From Gammaproteobacteria bacterium (GTDB taxonomy: Bacteria; Pseudomonadota; Gammaproteobacteria; UBA4575), in NCBI GenBank assembly GCA_965222615.1, contig CBDCUI010000008.1, positions 1-64,000 on the forward strand: 64,000 nucleotides of DNA. The letters run 5' to 3'. Positions 58,997 through 64,000 of this stretch are shown here, piece after piece. Below the pieces are notes generated by a model. It worked only from the letters and a program-made list of their open reading frames with translations. It made no database searches and was not told the DNA's origin. A program made the position numbers and the translations under genes. Every line of letters starts with the position of its first letter. Position 1 is the first letter of the stretch.

Positions 58997-60853
58997 ATGC
59001 AGCAAGCTTTACCTAAGGAAAATGGTGGAATAGAAGACAGCCACCCATTAGCTGGTACCAAGATGTCTGGTGCCGATATTGTTATACAAGTACTTGCACA
59101 GGAAGGAACCGAAGTAATCTTTGGCTACAGTGGCGGAGCCATTCTCCCTACCTACGATGCCGTGTTTCGTTTCAACGCTGAAACTAATGACTCCATGCCC
59201 TTAATTGTGCCAGCTAATGAACAGGGTGCAGGTTTTATGGCCTCAGGTTATGCCCGCGCCAGCGGTAAAGTCGGAGTGGTAATGGTAACTTCTGGTCCGG
59301 GGGCTACCAATACAGTTACGCCGGTGCGTGATTGCATGGCTGATTCGATCCCGATTGTGGTGATTTGTGGTCAAGTCCCTACACCGGCGATAGGCAGTGA
59401 TGGTTTTCAAGAAGCACCCATTGCAAACATCATGGGTGCGGTTGCGAAACATATCTTTTTGGTGACGGATCCAGAAAAGCTCGAAGCGACCATGCGCACG
59501 GCTTTTGAAATTGCACGAACAGGTAGGCCGGGCCCGGTGGTGATTGATATACCTAAAGATGTACAAAACTGGGAAGGTGTTTTTCAGGGTGAGGGGCATT
59601 TGCCTATTCGAGGTTATCGAGAACGTATTGAAGAAGTAGCAGAGAATGTCTTAACCAATAAACAGTGTCACTCTTTTTATAAAGCATTTGAAAAATCTAA
59701 ACGTCCATTAATTTATGCAGGTGGAGGTGTAATTAATGGCAATGCATCACCAGAACTACGTGCATTTGCCGACGAATTTAAGATCCCTGTAGTTACAACA
59801 TTAATGGGTATTGGGACATATGACACTACTCAAGAGCGATCTTTACATATGCTCGGTATGCATGGCACAGCCTTTGCGAATTATGCAGTAGATGATTGCG
59901 ATTTTTTAATTGCAATTGGTGCACGCTTTGACGATCGTGTTGCAGCAGTACCAGCTAAATTTGCCCCTAAAGCGAAGTTTATTGCGCATTTTGATGTTGA
60001 TCCATCTGAAATTCATAAGGTAAAAACGGTGGATTGGCACCATATAGGCTTGTTACCGCAAGCATTAACTAAGTTATTGGAGTATGGAAAGAACGCACAA
60101 AAATGTTCTACAAATTTTTCATTTTGGCATGAGCACATTGCGGAGTTAAAAAGTACTTATGCAATGAATTACGACAAAGAAAGCGTAATGATTCAGCCCT
60201 ATGCAGTGATCGAAGAGATAAATAAATACACCAATGGTGAAGCGATTATTAGTACAGGTGTGGGTCAACACCAAATGTGGGCAGCGCAGTATTTTGATTT
60301 CAAATCACCACGACTTTGGTTAACTTCAGGAAGTATGGGCACTATGGGCTTTGGGTTACCTGCCGCGATCGGCGCGCAATTTGCAAAACCTGATTTAGTA
60401 GTTGTTGATATTGATGGTGATGCAAGTATGCGTATGAATCTTGGTGAATTGGAAACCGTAACAACGTATAAGTTGCCTGTTAAAGTGGTTGTCCTGAATA
60501 ACTTGGGCGATGGCATGGTTAAACAATGGCAGAAATTATTTTTCAAAGGCAGATTGTCGGCCAGTGATAAATCTTTGCACAAAAAAGATTTTGTAAGGGC
60601 TGCTGAGGCGGATGGCTATAACTATGCAGTTCGCCTTAGTGACAAAAATGAGCTACCCAAGGTTATTAAAGAATTCATGCAGTTTAAGGGCCCGGCGTTT
60701 TTAGAAGTCATGATTGATCCCGATGCGGGTGTCTATCCAATGGTAGGTCCAGGGATGAGCTATGATCAAATGATAACGGGAGATCATATTCCAACGCGCA
60801 ATGCTATGGAAGCAGATGCAGAGACTGATGTTGATTCATCGGAGATGTTTTGA
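58997..60853 (+). CDS. ilvB: acetolactate synthase large subunit
   Basis: FGYSGGAI, EQGAGFMA, TSGPGATN, MLGMHG, GVGQHQMW, GTMGFGLP, IDGDAS, GMVKQWQ. Confidence 0.93.
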   Translation: MQQALPKENGGIEDSHPLAGTKMSGADIVIQVLAQEGTEVIFGYSGGAILPTYDAVFRFNAETNDSMPLIVPANEQGAGFMASGYARASGKVGVVMVTSGPGATNTVTPVRDCMADSIPIVVICGQVPTPAIGSDGFQEAPIANIMGAVAKHIFLVTDPEKLEATMRTAFEIARTGRPGPVVIDIPKDVQNWEGVFQGEGHLPIRGYRERIEEVAENVLTNKQCHSFYKAFEKSKRPLIYAGGGVINGNASPELRAFADEFKIPVVTTLMGIGTYDTTQERSLHMLGMHGTAFANYAVDDCDFLIAIGARFDDRVAAVPAKFAPKAKFIAHFDVDPSEIHKVKTVDWHHIGLLPQALTKLLEYGKNAQKCSTNFSFWHEHIAELKSTYAMNYDKESVMIQPYAVIEEINKYTNGEAIISTGVGQHQMWAAQYFDFKSPRLWLTSGSMGTMGFGLPAAIGAQFAKPDLVVVDIDGDASMRMNLGELETVTTYKLPVKVVVLNNLGDGMVKQWQKLFFKGRLSASDKSLHKKDFVRAAEADGYNYAVRLSDKNELPKVIKEFMQFKGPAFLEVMIDPDAGVYPMVGPGMSYDQMITGDHIPTRNAMEADAETDVDSSEMF

Positions 60854-62440
60854 ATTTTTTATAGCAGCTTCTAGACTTTAAGATGTTGGGAATATATATA
60901 GGCTTATGAGAAAGTTGTAAGTCTAAATTTCCATTAGATGCACTGGTATAAGAGCGCTTTGGCGCATTGTTGGAAGTGGTTAATTCTTCAATTGCAAATT
61001 TAGTTGCACTCATAGGTAAAAACACCTTGATACCTTCAGAATAATTTTCGGGTAATACAACTTTATTTGCATTATACCAAGCAATCCAAAACACACTATT
61101 GTTTCTTGTGATTTTATAGATACGTGCCTGGTCATTATGATGAGGTATGCGTTCAACTTTATCGTAATTATTAAAGTGTGACATAAGCTGTTGTATAGAG
61201 TAATAAAGAGGGCGTTTTTCAGTAACCTTTCCATTAAAATTAATTTTTAATGCTCCTGCCCAAGCGGAAATCCCTGCACTTGCCTGCATAAATTTTGCAG
61301 TTAAAAATGGCAGATCTATTGTGAAAGACAAATTGATTAAGGCTATGCCTTGTTCTGCAGCAATAATGGTTTTTTGTACATGATCGGCTGCAACAAATTC
61401 ACGCGTCCAGGTAAGTGTTTTTTTATCTTTGTTAACTAATTTCGTAAAGTAATGTGCTAACTCACAACGGTCTTGTTCAGTAGCAGGTGGTATTACTACG
61501 CCTAAACCTCTGCCCTTGCATGTAGTAGCTGGTCCCCAGGCAATATAAGAAGTTGGAATCGTATCGCTGATAATTATGGGTTTTGTATACTTGCGTATAG
61601 CCGTTTCATAATGTAACCAAGTACTTTGATGCTCAATCTCATATGGATCGCCGAGGTTATGAATGTTTATTACATCTAACAGATCGGGTCGATCTAAAAT
61701 CACTCGCATATCTTCTAGGTCATGGTGCGTATCGTGACGAGGTGTAGTTTGCCAAACGTTTTCATAGTTTGTTGGCTGCTTGTGACATGCAAGTTTACTG
61801 GAGTTGTTAAAAACGCGGCGTGTGCAATCAATACATCCGAGTAAACCTGGTGCGCCGCTTTATATGCCAATGTCAGCATATGCAAATATTCAACTACTGG
61901 TTCTGGTTCATAGCTTGAAAATTCCGAACCAATTTCATAATAACGCACTGGCCAACGTAGCCCCGGCATGTCATGGTTGCCGTCACCGTCGTAACGCTCA
62001 ACTACATCGTGTATCCATTTGTGATATAGTTTTTTAAATTTCTTTTTTGGAGTTGGGTTTGTCGATTTAAAATTATTCCCGTCCTTATCTGCCCATTTGG
62101 AATGAGACTTAAGTGCTACTGTGAGTTCAGTAAAACCAACTTTTTGATACTCACGTACAAACAAATCTAATTTAGAAAAATTAATAGGTTTGTTTGGTCC
62201 TTTTTGCATCTCACCCCATGCGATGGCTTTTGCATAATGCTTCATACCCGGCATGCCTGTTGCGCCTAATGCACCAGCCATACCTTTTACATAGTTGGGT
62301 GAGTCTAGGCCTGCATATTCGAGTCCTACAATGATTCCTTTGCCAGCAAAACGTCCTGTCTCTTCTGCGGCGAGACTATTTGTATAGATAAAGAGAAAAA
62401 GTAACAACAAGCGAATTAGGGCATGGAGGTGATCGCGCAT
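60804..62440 (-). pseudogene. frameshifted exported glycoside-hydrolase-like gene (ORFs 61715..62440 and 60804..61709)
   Basis: Signal peptide, VERYDGDG..DMPGL...YYEIGSE. A frame change near 61765-61790 joins to NYENVWQTTPRHDTHHDLEDMRVILD. Confidence 0.65.
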
Positions 62441-62615
62441 AGAGACTATTTTACTCAGTAAAACGATTATTTACGACACTAAAATTATGGTTTTGAAATA
62501 TATTTTGATAACGATATTTAACAATATTTTTTTAAATTTTGAATAACTTTGTTTTTTAAGGGGTCTATAATTACTCGTGATAAATTAAAAAATTGCTTTG
62601 GATAATAATAATTTT

Positions 62616-64000
62616 ATGAAAAAAGTGCTACGGGTTGCTCTCTATACTGTTCTTCTCTTTTTGTTACTCACTGGAATAGCACTGGCGGTTGGCTTATATA
62701 ATCCGCGTGCGTACGAAGGTTTGTTAAATAAGCTTGTGTATAAAAAAACAGGTTATCAATATTCGACTCAAGACCTTTCGATACAGCTTTCTCCAACAAA
62801 AATATCAATTCAGGGACTAGAACTTAATAACCCAGAATGGTCTCAAGATCCTAAATTACTAACTGTTGGAAACGCAGATGTTTCAGTAGATCTCAAACAA
62901 TTACTAAATAAACAACTTCCCTATTGGCAGGCAGAAATACATAACGCCGAAGTTCAATTAATAGAAGATAATGATGGAAAGTTAAATTGGCATACGTCTG
63001 TTTTAGCCAATCAACCCAAACCTGAAAGTGAAGAACCACTAAACTTGAAAGATGTACTTAGTTTTTCAGAAGTCAGTATTGATCAGGCCAAGCTTAGGCA
63101 ACAAAAACCAGATGTAACAGAAGAAATCGATATAAGCTCTTTATTACTGAAAAGGACAAGTGATGCTTCAGTAAAATTACAGGGCGCTGGGATCTATAAA
63201 GAGCAAAATGTTGATATAGAAGGTGTGGTTGATATTGAAGGTCAAAACCCTGCCAAGCAAATTCTGCAATTTGCTATGCAAGCAACCGGTTTAGGTATCG
63301 ATTTGCAAACCAATGGTGCTATTAATCCAAATAATTTAGATGGAACCAAAGTTTCTCTTAAAGCAAAGTCGGATAATTTAGCAGAGCTTGAGAAATTTTT
63401 AGAAACAACATTTCCAGCTGTGACACCAATCGACGTATCTCTGGATTTATTGTCAACAAAAGGTAATTACGAAGTTTCTAAAATTAATCTGCAGATGGGA
63501 GAAAATCTTTTGTCTGGGGATGTCTTATACGATACAAGTAATTCATTTGTTCGTGCCAATCTTTTCTCAGAAAAAATTAATTTAGGGCCTTTTATTCCTG
63601 CAGAAGGTGCAGAAAAGAGTAGTGAAGCCACACAAGAAAATGTAAAGAAAGATGTGGGTGAGCCTGAGATAGATTGGGCTTGGATGAATGCTTTAAATTC
63701 GGAAATAAATTTAAAAGTTGGTGAAATACTGGCAAATGAACATCGGCTTAAAGACTTTGCTTCCTCATTAAAACTAAATGAGGGTGTTTTAAATATCGAT
63801 TCACTAAATGCACGTTATCAGTTAGAGAATAAGGAAAATCCCGAACAGTCATTTATTACAGACTTAATTAAAATTTCAGGTACATTAAAACCCTTGGCCG
63901 AGAAGACGCAGGGCAAGGATGTTCAACTTGCCGTCAATATAACAGATGGTAACGCATCTCTAGCATTAGAAGGTGATGCAAATATTAATGGTGTAGAAGG
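62616..64000 (+). CDS. AsmA-family protein, 3'-truncated by the window edge
   Basis: MKKVL + TM anchor, ISIQGLELNNPEW, DGKLNW. Frame appears open to the window end. Confidence 0.8.
   Translation, partial: MKKVLRVALYTVLLFLLLTGIALAVGLYNPRAYEGLLNKLVYKKTGYQYSTQDLSIQLSPTKISIQGLELNNPEWSQDPKLLTVGNADVSVDLKQLLNKQLPYWQAEIHNAEVQLIEDNDGKLNWHTSVLANQPKPESEEPLNLKDVLSFSEVSIDQAKLRQQKPDVTEEIDISSLLLKRTSDASVKLQGAGIYKEQNVDIEGVVDIEGQNPAKQILQFAMQATGLGIDLQTNGAINPNNLDGTKVSLKAKSDNLAELEKFLETTFPAVTPIDVSLDLLSTKGNYEVSKINLQMGENLLSGDVLYDTSNSFVRANLFSEKINLGPFIPAEGAEKSSEATQENVKKDVGEPEIDWAWMNALNSEINLKVGEILANEHRLKDFASSLKLNEGVLNIDSLNARYQLENKENPEQSFITDLIKISGTLKPLAEKTQGKDVQLAVNITDGNASLALEGDANINGVE

Noticed and set aside
1-64000. 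CRISPR arrays, tRNA, rRNA
   Set aside because: No regularly spaced direct repeats, cloverleaf or rRNA signatures seen by eye; a tRNAscan/Infernal run would be needed to exclude them fully.

Overview
AT-rich bacterial chromosomal window. The gene content (ampD, gshA, djlA, aprM-aprB-aprA) suggests a sulfur-oxidizing gammaproteobacterium; this is inference. (1) 1-4670 is an accessory array of small genes. Each gene block is followed by a ~28-36 bp imperfect palindrome (consensus ATGTCYGCT-N10-AGCGGACAT), and all three palindromes are interrupted: two by apparently identical IS110-family (IS1111-type) elements, one by a 250-bp IS30-like MITE. In the IS non-coding end, both target-guide and donor-guide segments of a bridge/seek RNA can be read directly, and a circle-junction promoter can be reconstructed. 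(2) 9.1-15.9 kb is a selenoneine-type locus (oxidoreductase-SelD fusion, nucleotidyltransferase, senB, senA). (3) 27.1-33.4 kb holds an ECF sigma/anti-sigma/subtilase operon converging on a lipoprotein/exported caspase/OmpA/beta-barrel operon, with a shared candidate promoter motif. (4) 33.5-36.6 kb is arsS-like radical SAM plus a DedA-oxidoreductase fusion. (5) 50-57 kb is aprMBA with a divergent CbbQ/MoxR ATPase and several palindromic MITE-like repeats. The rest is mostly housekeeping, plus a frameshifted glycoside-hydrolase-like gene and a truncated AsmA-family gene. No rRNA, tRNA or CRISPR array was recognised. All calls come from motif recognition by eye, with no database searches.
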